A stretch of DNA of 64,000 nucleotides from Lingula anatina. Taxonomy: Eukaryota > Animalia > Brachiopoda. Location of the stretch: the NCBI GenBank assembly GCA_051362555.1, contig CM120640.1:12834001-12898000 (forward strand), read 5' to 3'. The notes below the pieces were generated by a model. It worked only from the letters and a program-made list of their open reading frames with translations, was not told where the DNA came from and searched no databases. Within the stretch, counting starts at the first letter, position 1. Each line of letters begins with the position of its first letter. Made by a program: the position numbers and the translations under genes. This document shows positions 13,801 through 26,311 of the stretch, piece by piece.

Positions 13801-16800
13801 TAACAAATAATGACAGTAATGGTTGGATGAGATGTCTGTGTTGATAAAAGAAAGATGAATGTTGTGACATGTCTAGAATTGATTGCTTTCATTATATGAC
13901 TACTGCAAAAATGGATCCCATAATCAAATCAAACAAGTTTGGCTTAATTTGTGTTTGATATTTATTTACTGCGAGGGTTTTGTTTTGAAAACAAGTGGGG
14001 TTTTAATTTTTTTGTAAGGATAACTGTAAATACAGTAAAATAAATTAGTTTTTCTTATTTTCATTACCTTACATGTCATTATGTTTTGAAACATTAGATG
14101 CTCCCTGCCAACATGACTTTTGAAGTCATTCAATAGAAAGATTTATTTATAATCTGTATGTTAAACTTTTCAATAATTTGTATATTTCTAGCATACGGCG
14201 GCGAGAATGCCACATCAGGAAATGGCCGTATAAGTCGTCAGATGTCCTCTGAGAGCATGTCCAGTCTAAACAGTATGTCCAGTGCCTGCAGTGCCACCAG
14301 CCAGCAGTCCTCCACCACAGATACTGAGAGTGGAAAGAAGAAGAAGAAAGGCAAGGGGGGATGGGTAAGTTGCATAGCATTTCTAAAGTATTGTGGTTTA
14401 CAGTTCGCTGTTATATGTGGTAATTTTTTTAATCAACCATAAAATTATTCAAAAGGGAGACTATCATAGGTTGTAAGCTGACCACTCAAAATCAGTCATC
14501 CTGCAATTTTTGGTTCCTTGAAGTAAAAGTCATCCTTTCCGTCGTACTGAAGACAGCATGTTTTGGTAGCAGTATCATATCAAATCATGTTGTGCTTCTT
14601 AACTTCTTTCTTCATGTTACATGTTCGTGTAAAATTAGCTCCACTTTTGATCTCTGTGGAGCCTGTGGTTAATCAGGCTTGAGTCACAGCTTCATTAATG
14701 CAGAATCTTGGCATCAAACTAGAACATGGCAGAAATAATGATGTAACTCAATTTCAAATTAGGTGTCTTTCCAATAGCAGCCTTAGGCTCAGCTATTTTA
14801 GAACAGACTGGCAATATCATTTTACCTAATCAGTACACTTCACCCAGTAATGAAATCCAAAAATACAAGAAGAAACGAATAGCAGCGGATTTGATTATTC
14901 TGGGAATACAAAAATTAATGATTTCAATTTAAAAAACAATCAGCTGATGTGAACTGCACAGTAGTGCTCTTGTAACTGTAGTGATCATTGCTTTATTTTT
15001 GACCTTCAGTTACGCAGCTCCTTTAGTAAAGCATTCTCTAGAAAGAAAAACAAGAACGGGTCTGTATCTGATGTGGAGCCTGACACAGCCAGCATGCGGT
15101 CAGCGGACTCGGTGCCCAACTCCCCCATGGTGTCCACTCACATGCCCCACGGGATCCACATGATCAATGGACCAAACACTCCCGTCACACCCTCGCTGTC
15201 TGCCTCTGGGTAAGATAACTTAATGTTCTGTAACTGGAATAGGTTCAGATTTGGCTTCAGATTTCATTTTATCTGCATGCAATTTAAATACACAGAATTT
15301 AGTTCAAGTTAAAATTTTACATTTAACACTCTGTACAGGTATGAAAACAATAAGAAATTTTACCATTACGAATTTTGAAAAGAATTTTCGATAAAGACTT
15401 ATTTTATGATTGGCTTCTTTTCCATTATGATAACTTCCCAGATTCAAATGTATATCTTAACAAGAAAGACTATTTTAATGGCCCAGTATTTTTTGTTTTA
15501 GTCTATATGATGGCATTGATGGAGCAGCATCTGGTGAATCTGTTGTCAAATTAAAGAAGCAATTGCGTGAGAAGGATATGAAACTAACAGATATTCAGCT
15601 GGAGGCCTTGTCGTCTGCTCACCAGTTAGATCAACTCAGAGACACCATGAATAAGATGCGGGTACGGGATCTTTAGTTATTTATCATTCTCAACTAACCT
15701 TAGATGACATTCCCCAGCCTCACCCTCTCACTTTCTTTCTAATGTGCTTTGTTTTCAAATGTTCTGCAATGAGAAAATGTAGAGGAGAGTTTCTGTCTTG
15801 TTTTCATGTAGTGTTCCCCTGCTGTCACATTTATATTTAATCACAAAAATATAATAATGCCTGTTTGCAGCTACTTTTACATAGAATTCATAGGTTTAAA
15901 TTATTTTTTTACAACTAGCACCCTGAAAATTAAACTCAGATAAAATTAGATAAAATTATTTGTGAAGTTTTTATCTTAGAGTTTTGCAACAAAGTTTAGT
16001 CTGAAGTTTCACTTTCATCTTGTTCCCCTCAGGATGAGATGTCCTCACTGAAGGCTGATAATGACAGGTTGCAGCGGATGATGAACAGCAAGTCATTGAC
16101 CTCTTCTCAAAGCTCTGACCTGGAGCGGGAAAGAAGGAGCACAGGATCCCTAGACCGGGAGAGGAAGGTTGGGCTGGGACAGCATCCCAGTCTGGAGATG
16201 CTGCTGTCCCAGGAAAGTCCTGATAAAACTGAGGGTAGGAAGATAGCTATAACTGTGCTACTCACACCTACTGGGGATATTGGAAAAGTAACAGAGGTAT
16301 GAATGCTACATATTGTTTTTATCAGTATTCCAGCTGAAGAACAGCTGCTTCTGAAAGTTGAAATCTTTGATTTGTTTGGATTAATAACACAGAAAGCAAT
16401 TTTTACCAGCCTTAGTTTATCAATTATTAGGAACTGCATAACAAATACTGCGTAATGACACCACAAAAAGCAACTTTTTTTGCATTAATTGACCAAGCAC
16501 CAACTGTTCTACTTCCAGGCCAGTAACCAGCCTGAAGTGGTGATAGGAGCCATCCCTGTCAGTGGGAAGATGAAGTGGGATATGTTGGACTCCATAGTGC
16601 GAAGAATGTTCAGAGAATATGTGCTGAGAGTGGATCCTGTCACCAACCTTGGCCTTAATGCTGAAAGTGTACTGGCTTATCATATAGGAGAAATCACAAG
16701 AACAAAAGGTAGGGTTTTTAATATTTTATTGTCTGCTTGTTTTTATTCAGATATAGCTATGTTAAGAACCTTTTCTAATCATCTTGGATTGATTTCTGTC

Positions 16801-18445
16801 TCTGTTTGTCACATTTACTTTATGTTTATGAAGTAGGAATAAAGAAAAAGAATCATGACTTATTTATAAGGGTTGATGTGTGCAGCTCATTCCACATTCT
16901 TTACCCAAACATCCTGTTTTGCAGGAAACAATACAAACGAAAGCAACCACATGTAGCTAAAAGAATCTGATCTATGGTTTCTAGTATGTTAATATTGACT
17001 TTCTGTTCATCTTCAGATTCTGGGCTGCCTGAATTACTGCCCTGTGGCTACTTGGTGGGGGATACTACCACTATACAGATTAGTTTGAGAGGTGGGTATA
17101 TTTACAAGGGACATGCATTCAAATAAATCACAGGCAATGAAATATTTGTCAGTGAAAGGGGACACAGTATATATATTTCTTCTTACAGGTTGAAAAGATT
17201 GCAACTGCTTTCTTTGAAAGAATGATAATGAAAATAATTGTGACAATAGTTTTTTTTATCAAATCTTCAAACATTTTAAGTTTGTTAAATTCAGTCTATA
17301 AACTTATTCCAAATGTCTACTCTCCTAGGTGTCTACCAGAACAGTGTAGATGCCGCTGCTTTCGAGACCCTCATCCCAAAGTCCATCATGCAGCGCTATG
17401 TTTCGTTACTGCTGGAGCATCGCAGGATTATCTTGTGTGGCCCCAGCGGCACGGGGAAGACGTATCTAGCTCAGAAAATGGCCGAACACTTGGTTATCAG
17501 GTGAGTGGCAGATAGGGTTTTGTCATTTTCAGCAGTAAACTTAAGAATGTTTAAGAACTAAGAGGCCCTTTTCAAAGAAATTTTGATGTATACAGAAAAA
17601 ATAATGAAAATTGGTTGAAGTTGCAATTTAGTATCCAATACAAATGTGGAGACAGTACTACAGAAGTAAAAGATGTTTGCCATGTTTAACTAGATGATGC
17701 ATATGAGTTTGTCATTGTTTTGTTTTAATGCATTCTGTAATTATTCTGTGGAACTAAGCAAAAATATAAATGCATGAAAAAGAATTTGTAAAAGCCCTTA
17801 CTGTTACCTTACATATTGATAACAAGTTGATTAAACATTTTCTCCCCAGATCAGGGAAAGAGTTGTCCATGGGTTCAATAGCCACCTTCAATGTTGACCA
17901 CAAGTCCAGCAAAGAGCTGCGACAGTATCTGGCCAACATAGCTGACCAGTGTGAGAGCAGCAATGTGGGGGATCTGCCCAGTGTTATCATCCTGGATAAC
18001 CTCCATAATGTCAGCTCACTGGGAGAGGTGTTCAATGGCTTTCTCAGCTGTAAATATCAGAAGTGGTGAGTAGCAGTTTGGATGGTTGTGCACTGCACAC
18101 GTCTACCGTATGTGTTTTGGCATACCCCTGTGCAGATGAGCTTTTTCTGCAGAAAAGCGAAATTCCTCATTTTTTAAATTCAGTTCTGATGGTTCCTGAG
18201 ATTCGTCAAGGTTAGGTGTTGGGTCCCATGATAAATGTTCAGAGGTTTTTTAAACCTAGGCACATGTCTGCCTGTGTAATACTTTGTACTTATTCTGTGC
18301 TGAACTCCTTTGTGTCTGATTATTGTTGTATTTTAAGCAAGTATTTTCTGTTTCAGTCCGTACATAATAGGCACGATGAATCAGTCTACCTGCTCAACCA
18401 CCAACCTCCAGCTTCACCACAACTTCAGGTATGTTCATATTGTAA

Positions 18446-18521
<76 letters not shown>

Positions 18522-19803
18522 CTACCTGGTAAAAAGAATAATGCCTCTTAAGCTTAATGAATATAGTTAAGTCACAGGAATATCATTTCAGTATCTTTGC
18601 TGTCTTTTTGTTTTCTTTTTTCTCCATAAAAAGCATTGCCAATTTGTTATCATTTACATTCTAGGTGGGTCTTGTGTGCAAACCACATGGAACCAGTGAA
18701 AGGATTTCTGGGAAGGTATCTGAAGAGAAAACTCATTGAAGCAGAAGTTACTGGAATCCGCAACAATGACTTAGTTAAGATCATTGAATGGATGCCAAAA
18801 GTTTGGGCACACCTCAACAAGTTCTTAGAGACACACAGCTCTTCTGATGTAACAATAGGTATTCATTTGTTTTAGAATTCCCAATTTACACATATTGATT
18901 ATATATATTGATGCAAGAATTTTTAGATATCCGATATGTTGATTCAACTAATTTAAGCCATATAAGGATTTTATTCAAAATAGTTTTCCCCTGTTACCTT
19001 TATGGTTTCTCATGCTTTCACACCTTACAAATATTTCCATTATTATTTATGTATATACAACCTTCTTGTTCCCAGGTCCTCGCCTGTTCCTGTCCTGTCC
19101 AATGGATGTCAATGGTTCCCAAGTGTGGTTCACAGATCTGTGGAACTATTCCATTGTGCCCTACCTCCTGGAGGCTGTCAGAGAGGGGATACAGCTGTAT
19201 GGGCGTCGTGCCCCCTGGGAAGACCCTGCAGAGTGGGTCATTGACAGTTACCCATGGTCAAAGAAAGATGATGGGGGAGATGGGCCGTCCTTGCTGAGAC
19301 TGAGGCCTGAAGATGTTGGCTACGACTCCCAGGGGTTGCCTGCAGGACAGAAGGCTCCCAAGAGTGCTGCTCAGAGTGAATCTGAGGGAGATCCATTAGT
19401 AAGTTTTTTTTAATGTAAATTAGTTTATTCTAATTGCTGATTTTCTGATACATCTCATGATTTAATAAGAATTTGATGGTAAATTTAATGGTCGAACAGC
19501 TAGAGAATGGGCTTGTGATTATTAATCTTAAATTTGAAAATTCTTCAAACATCAAGGAAAAGTAAGTTTTGTTGTGTTGATGAAGAAGAGCAGTGCATCT
19601 TTAATACCAACTACTGAAGATGCTGATAAGATATTTATGTCTCATAATTTCAGTTAAATATGTTGATGAGACTCCAAGAAGCTGCCAGTTACTCCAGTCC
19701 TCAGAGTCAGGACAGTGACTCCACCAGTCTGGACAGTCACAGCAGCAGTCTCAGCAGTGGAATCCAGGACATCTCCAATGCCACTGTAGAGTCCACAATA
19801 TAA
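1849..19803 (+). CDS. NAV2: Neuron navigator (NAV2/NAV3, unc-53/sickie family), 3' part of gene; 5' end lies upstream of the window
   Basis: GT-AG exons, phase-consistent: 1849-1932, 5521-5668, 14192-14364, 15010-15209, 15502-15661, 16033-16296, 16519-16708, 17017-17091, 17329-17500, 17850-18065, 18357-18428, 18665-18858, 19076-19398, 19654-19803 (TAA). Peptides match the NAV family: AHVVAAFEQSLSNMTSRLQ, LRSSFSKAF, LREKDMKLTDIQLEALSSAHQLDQLR, AAA+ Walker A GPSGTGKT, Walker B VIILDN, WVLCANHMEPVKGFLGRYL, WFTDLWNYSIVPYLLEAVREG, C-terminal LNMLMRLQEAA...ESTI*. NAV1/2/3 paralog assignment is not meaningful for an invertebrate; the symbol is a convention. Confidence 0.96.
3698..3832 (+). CDS. Candidate alternative NAV exon, paralogous to exon 5521-5668 (terminal exon to TGA 3830-3832, or 105-nt cassette 3698-3802)
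   Basis: Acceptor tttctag|GAC in phase 0. Translation DTDEILKTIEALRLQ... resembles DTELAELRATIEALKKQ of exon 5521. Possible donor GAA|gtgaga at 3803. Confidence 0.6.
   Translation, partial: DTDEILKTIEALRLQRALVRVARINMMSTDWKQAEVRSFSSIQA
7727..9301. mobile_element. Non-autonomous DNA transposon, Kolobok-like (TTAA TSD, GG...CC ends)
   Basis: TTAA at 7723-7726 and 9302-9305. Imperfect TIR of about 35 bp: GGGGTCTAGGATATTAA..TCTAAAACT / AGTTTTGGA..TTAATATCCAAGATCCC. CpG-rich interior, no transposase ORF. Confidence 0.8.
18449..18518. repeat. (GT)n microsatellite
   Basis: Direct reading. Confidence 0.95.
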
Positions 19804-21466
19804 CAGACATAATACCAGACATCACTAGATCAGTATTGAACAGACAGGAGCAGTAACAGAAATGAAACACAAGACATTCTCAAATGTTTGTATAAACTGA
19901 ACTGCCAGAAACTGATGAATATTTTGCTGTATAATCCTGCCAGGTGCCCATGCAAGTGAAATATGTGGTAGCAGTTTGGATGAAGCAGTTAGTGACTGTC
20001 CTACCAGTAACCATGGCACTGTTGACGAAGTTTCAGTTACCATGGAAATAATTCTATTCAGTCTCCTTGGCCCAACTTTCAGGCTCAAGGTTAAAAACTG
20101 CATGCCTGACTGTGATTCATCAGTACAACACAGGAAACCAGTAACTTCACATGCACTTTATTAGTAGACTTGTGGATCATCAGTATAAACTGCAGATATT
20201 CAGCAAGCATGGTGTATGTGACACCATATTTGCAATCTGAGCTAGTATTCAAGATTTTTGAACATGTAAGATAGATTTGCTTTGAGTGAAGTGTATGATT
20301 AAAATACAATGACAGTTATTTCACATCTCAAAAGTAAATGTTCTTAGTGCCTGCAAGGGGAAATTCTTGCAGAGATCAAAGTCCCATATTTACAGAATCA
20401 AGTTGAGAGAGGTGTTCTGTACAAAGTGTGTTTTTAAAGTGCACAAAATTGTGGAGAGAAAATGCAAACAGGAGTATTTAGTATCAAGTTTGTAAAAAAA
20501 GCAATGCAATGATACAGAATGTGCCAACATCCTAAATATTTAAGTTTTGGTGCTTTGTACAATAAATATTTACTAAAACAGAACATCTACACAGTTTTTA
20601 TATACATTTCTGTGTGTAACTATGTAGCATATATGTTGATGTACACTTTGCTATGCAGGGATTCCAAAGCAATGTCACAGTAACTCATTCAGATTAAGTA
20701 AAAGCAGCAATAGCAGCTGTGTCTATAGGGAGCAAGTCTTATCACACAGACTGAACTCCATCAGGCTGTATTTCTATGGGATATAGAATGCAGTTATCAA
20801 GTAATAACAGTGAATATGTAGAATCACGAAAAAAACTTTGGATCAAAACAAGAAGTGATTATCATATGTTTTAATACAAAGATCAAAGCATAATTGAGCA
20901 CACTGGATGTGACATTTATGTTGTGTATATTCTATTCTTTTTTATGTGTTTTATCACTTTGATCAGGATTCTTTTTAAAAAAACAAACCTGTAAGACATA
21001 CAGGCAGTTAATGTAATTTGTTAATACATATTCCTGCAACAAAATGTTCACTTTTTTCCTAAATTTTTTATGTTGAGAAAAGAAATGAAGGAATGACATG
21101 TGATAGGAATAAGGAGAACTTGTAAAGCACACTTGATAAGATTGATCAAAATGCCTTGTTTTATTTATTGTACAGTGTAAGGTATTGTTTATTTATTTGT
21201 ATGTGTACATACTGTGAAATGTATTTAGGTAGTTAGATGGTCTTATGTGGTATAATGTGTGATTTGGGGCGTAATATTTTTACTTTCAACTGTAATTACA
21301 AGTAATTATAAATTGGAGTGTGGTAAATTTTACCCATACATTATGTGCTTCCTAACACTACTAAGAAACCTGTAGATGCAGACTGCCAGAATTAACAGAA
21401 ATTTGTTTAGATGTTGCATTAGAAATGAAAAATCACATTACTTCATGCCCATCAAGTCTAAACCCA

Positions 21467-21472
21467 AATAAA
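21467..21472 (+). terminator. Candidate polyadenylation signal of NAV 3'UTR
   Basis: AATAAA followed by T/GT-rich sequence about 1.7 kb past the stop; another AATAAA at 20561. Confidence 0.4.
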
Positions 21473-22003
21473 GATGTTTTATTTTGTTCATTTAGAAAGA
21501 TACAGCATAGTTCCTGTTGTGTTATTTCTTACCTGAGAACTGAAATGGAGGAGTAATAGTATCTACGGTTGGGAATTCAGCACTGTTGACCTCAATCAGA
21601 AACCAATTCTCTGGATCCTTAGGCAACCTTAATTGTGTTTAAAATATAAGGAGACAAAATGTCAATCTTTCCCAATAGCAACTTGGTCTAAAGAGAACAT
21701 TTGAAATTTGTAAATCAATGAACCAGTTGTGTACCATTTTCTAACACATTAAATTGTACTTTTAGATAAAACATCTATTGAACAAAATTGCTGATGATCT
21801 CTCTGTCTTCAAAGTGCACTTGGAATTTACAAACCAACAAAATTTTTGACTATTTTATATCATTGGATATCGCCTATAGTAACAAATTATCTTTGCTTAA
21901 CGAGCAAATTTCTGACCATTTGAAAACAGATATTACACTTGGACATCTAAAATCAATTGGTGATCAAAATTATCGTCTCAGCGTTCCTAATATAAGAATT
22001 GTG

Positions 22004-22172
22004 GAGAACTAAGGACTATTCTTGAAGATCTTTACTATTCAGATGACGTGTGTCTACTCTCCCACAGGTTCATACACCTAGAAATAAAAACAGAAGACCT
22101 TGCAAAAAATGCAAAGCAAATTGGACTAAATGTCAACAAAAACAAGACAAAAATCATGAAGATAACAAGAAT
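22004..22172 (+). mobile_element. RTE-clade LINE reverse-transcriptase fragment
   Basis: Reads LEDLYYSDDVCLLSH...AKQIGLNVNKNKTKIMK, matching the YADD core and the GLxINxxKTKxM motif of RTE RTs. Confidence 0.8.
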
Positions 22173-23056
22173 GAAGAGTGTTGTCTTATACAGTACCAGA
22201 AGGAGTTCACACACTAAGATTAAAAGTAATACAGATGCAGACTAGTAGACATAGACAAGTATTAATACATAAATTACATCAAATTTTCCCATCACGCTGA
22301 AGATGTTAAATATCATAATATCTGTCTATCAAGACTTTTTTAAAAACACGTATGAATTTTTCACTTCTGTGTAACGTTTCAGTAAGTAAAACGTTCAGAA
22401 AAGGTGCAAAAACAGCAATGGCAAATTTCAATTTGCATTTGAATTGTTTTTTTTTTTTAAAGGCTCAGGTAAAATGACAGACGTTTGATAAAGAAACTGT
22501 TTTTATCCGGTTTCAGAAAAAAAATGGAAAAACAGGATTTTCACACGAAGTCGAATTTTTCTCAAAGAAATATAAGGTAGAAGGCTCAGCAAGGCGCAAA
22601 AGCTGTTGGCTAAAATTAATTACATAATATAGGATGGTATCATTCTGTTTCGTTTATTTATTTACTGTGCACACCCATCTAACCAGAGAATTATATTAGA
22701 ATCTGTGAATAACTGTTTAAGTATTACGTTTACTGTAAATCCTTTATTTTATATTATTTCATTACACACACGAATCTATCAAATCATTTAAATTGCAAAG
22801 TCTGTAGTTAGCCGTATGGTTGTAAATCCGGTAATAGTCCAAGCCATACGCTTTGCAGGCGCAATACTGCATTCGAATAAAATTTGAAACAATGTCTACT
22901 TCCACTAATGCCTCGATATCTTTAGAAACCTTTTTCATTTAATTGATTATTAACGAAAATAGCACTTATCTACAAGCATCACCACTAGTTGCTTACATGG
23001 AGTTTACTTGCAAAGCACATAACGTGCGGCGCGTGAAGTACGTAAAAACTACTTAG

Positions 23057-23104
23057 GCCAATATTTTTTGCATTGCTGACGTCATATTTTGCTGTTCCAC
23101 GTCA
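23057..23104 (+). promoter_or_regulatory. Putative kinase-gene proximal promoter: CCAAT box, perfect CRE, ATF-like site
   Basis: GCCAAT at about 23057-23062, TGACGTCA at 23077-23084 and CCACGTCA at 23097-23104, 110-160 bp upstream of the first ATG in CpG-containing sequence. Confidence 0.45.
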
Positions 23105-23217
23105 TAAAGTCTAGTATCCAGACAACCGTTGCGCCGGAGGCGGTTGTGAATGAACGAAGTGTGAGCTTATGAAAATAACGCCAAGAAAGCAAATTTCGTA
23201 GAATATTAAGTTTATTT

Positions 23218-25209
23218 ATGATCATGTCAACACGGGTAAGTGCTCCACATTTTCACAAACATTTCCAAATGAAAATATCAATTAAGAACATAAGCCATGT
23301 TTCAAAAATTTCACCTAAGGTGAAGATCTAGACTATGATTCCGTACAATATTTTATACAAGACGATTAAAATCAGCTACATGTTACATGTAAGCACATCT
23401 TCTGTCTGTTTTCAGACTCAAAGAAACGAAACATCCATGTTGAGCCGTTTTCGCAATTTCATATCTTTGGCTGCAGGACTTTTTGTTTGTGGTAAGTGAG
23501 GCAGTTTATTAGGGTGTTGATCTTTTTACTAGGCAAAATGATTGTGGATAAATGTGTGCAAAAAGAGAATAAAATGAGATATAAATCCTTTGAATATTAG
23601 CGTGTAAGGAACCGTTCGTAAGTCTATATGTAGAAGAAAATTGACATTTGACAAGTGGATATTTTTACATCAAAATTACGTTATGGAGGTCAACAGGAAT
23701 TCGTCAACATGAGGTTTTTCAAATATTTGTTTGTTTTATTCCATAAGTGGGAAGAAATCCACAGAGTACTCCTCAAAGCCGTTCAAATGGCAGAAAAAAG
23801 AGAAAAGGCGAAAGAAAGGTAAGGCGATTATTGAAATATTTACGACATCGCATTAGTGCTTAAATAATCTCCTCCGTTTGGTTGAAATGCGATAATATTT
23901 TTTCTGAATTTTTTCGTTTTTTCTTTCTTTCCCTTTCTCCTTTTTTTTCATTTCTATGTTCTTTCTTTTTTGTCTTTTCTTTTCTTTTATTCCTTTGTTT
24001 ATTTTTATCTTTTTTCCTTTCTTATATTTCTTCAACTAGTCATTTGACCCTATCAATCAACCCAACTCAAATGACAGTGGGTTTGATAAGGAATATGAAG
24101 GTGGGTTTGGATTGCGAATTAACTTTTGTATAATTCGATTTAAATACAAAGTTTATTTCCATAAGACAATTTAAGCATGCAAATAAATAAATGAAGTCAT
24201 TTATATGATTTTTGTGCTTTTTTAATTCATGGAATGGTTGCAACATTCTTCATTTGTCATTTCAGGTTTGAGACGCCGTGTAAAAAACGTTGCTGTGACG
24301 GACGAGAGGGATTCGCGCAAACTTTCAGTTGACGATGTCCCGAAATTCTTACCACTCAGTTGCCTCAATTTTCTGCGTAGAAGGGGTGTCTTGCTTGGGG
24401 CGGGCACATTTGGGAAAGTGTTTTTCGCCAAAGAAATGGTCTCTAGTTCCTTCGTCGCCGTTAAAGTATTTAACACAGTTGGCGACTTTGACAGCGCTGT
24501 GAGAGAGGCGCGCATCACAGCCGCCCTTAGTGATACTGGGATTGTGCCCAAATTCATCGGACTAGTGGACCTAAGCAAAGCCAAGTTTCTAAAGAGAGGC
24601 ATCAAAAAGGGTAAATACCATGAAATAGGCATGGTGACACAGTTTGTGGGTGATCCTGTGAAACGAAAGCCTATCACCCTTAGCCAAGCACTGGCAACTC
24701 TGCCCAGACAGACATACTTGGTCATGGACATCAGTCTTCTGCTCCGCTGGGCGACACTGCTGTTTAAGTTGGCTGTTAAACTAGCCAAACTACACGAGCT
24801 TGGCCTGATATTTAATGACCTGCACAACAAAAATGTCATTCTAAGTGGACCCATCGAAACAAACCCAGATATATACATTATCGATTTCGGGAAAGTTTCA
24901 TTCACTGGATCTAAATTCTGGTATTCACATTATGTCGATCCATTGGAAAGGAACAAATATATGCTAAGATACCCGCAGCACGCCGTAGAAATCTGGGAAG
25001 GACAGAGGTCCTCGACCAAGTCAGATGTGTTCAGCTTTGGTGCCATGTTGAAGAGCGCTCGTCTTGGTCAGATGCTCTGTCTAACCAGCTTGGTGGACGA
25101 CTGTCTGGCAGTGCGACCTCGGGAACGCCCCACAATGAGCGAAGTTGTGGAAAAACTAACGGTGCACCTTGCTGGACTAGAGAAACTTGAAGGCAAGGAG
25201 AAACTGTGA
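23218..25209 (+). CDS. Divergent protein kinase (non-RD, eukaryotic kinase fold), 3 exons, about 345 aa
   Basis: Exons 23218-23235 (MIMSTR|gtaagt), 23416-23491 (ttttcag|...G|gtaagt), 24266-25209 (tttcag|GT), all in frame. Motifs: GAGTFG, VAVK, alphaC REAR, FNDLHNKN, DFG, YPQHAVE, KSDVFSFG, CLAVRPRERPT. Confidence 0.88.
23897..24033. repeat. T/C-rich low-complexity tract in kinase intron 2
   Basis: Direct reading; it generates the spurious F-rich and K-rich ORFs. Confidence 0.8.
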
Positions 25210-25567
25210 AATGCCGCGCATTCACTTGATAAAAATGACATGTTATATCTTTGCTCATCATTAACATTAACTTAAGTTTTTATGTGCTGTATGTCCATTT
25301 AAGGAAGAAAAAAGAGGGCGAGTGTTGAAAAAAAAAAAAAAAAAAAAAAACGCTTCAATTCTTCCCCAACAGACGCTGTTCGCGTCTTCTTATGCACGGA
25401 ACTACAGTAACATTTGGTTGACAAACTGAGATAAACTTGATTGATTTCATATAACTTATATGGTTGCCTTTGGTAGTCTTCAAAGAAGAGATTGTTAACA
25501 AGTAAATATTTTCAGTAGTTTGAGGTAGCAAATATAAACACCATTTTCAATGCAAATTGAAGTGTGC

Positions 25568-25568
<1 letters not shown>

Positions 25569-25614
<46 letters not shown>

Positions 25615-25615
25615 A

Positions 25616-25650
<35 letters not shown>
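25569..25650. repeat. Compound (CT)n(CA)n microsatellite
   Basis: Direct reading. Confidence 0.95.
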
Positions 25651-25652
<2 letters not shown>

Positions 25653-26089
25653 AGCCACAATGTTGAACTGATTAGAGAGTGCATTTAATATGCCAGTACA
25701 TAGCAGTATTGGCCTGATGGTGTTAATAAATAAAACAATTTGCCCATTCGCCAAAATGGTTTAGTTTGCAACACTAGTTCGTCTTCTTTTTCAAATTTCC
25801 ATAATATGCAGCGTATAAACCATATACCGCAATGATGGCTAATACATTCAGCTATTTTTAGCGTTTATATATCTAAACATTGGCACCAACTAGATCTCAT
25901 CATCGCACGTCGAAAGCATCTCAATAATGTTTTCATTACGAGAGCATGCCATAGCGCAGGCTGCGACACAGACCATTCTTACCACTACAGTCCAGGAGAA
26001 ACCTCTTCCAAGACATTCTTAGGAAAGAAATGAAATCCTGTGAGGATCTCGATATCTGTGATCACTGGCACTACATCGGAGACACCACT

Positions 26090-26260
26090 CACGCTGCTGC
26101 ACTTCAGGTCTTTGGCAAGAAGGTATTGCAAAAACCAGGATTGGTTTGATGCCAACATTGCAATCCTCCATCCCCTTATTGTAAAAAAGAGAATTGCATT
26201 GCAGAACTATCAGCAAAAACGTGAGAAATGTGTATAACTCTGATACTAGAACTTACATTA
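26090..26260 (+). mobile_element. RTE/BovB-like LINE fragment
   Basis: KNQDWFDANIAILHPLIVKKRIAL resembles the DWFD linker between the endonuclease and RT of RTE-BovB. Confidence 0.6.
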
Positions 26261-26311
26261 GCAACTGACTGACGTTGCGGCCTCAATCGGAAACCTTTCA
26301 CTAGTAGGCCT

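Noticed and set aside
17985-18006. Walker B reading DN rather than DE as a sign of a dead ATPase
   Set aside because: This variant is normal for the navigator family, so it is not novel here.
18216-18570. ORFs with (CV)n, and similar (YI)n and poly-F ORFs at 47953-48186 and 27550-27858
   Set aside because: Translated microsatellites or homopolymers.
23853-24133. K-rich and F-rich ORFs
   Set aside because: Translation of a T/C low-complexity intronic tract.
24229-24265. ORF-track ATG (MEWLQHSS...) as the kinase start
   Set aside because: It lies in the intron's 3' end; a clean acceptor at 24265 joins two upstream exons in frame.
24222-24905. 227-aa minus-strand ORF
   Set aside because: Antisense shadow of the kinase exon, with no recognisable motifs.
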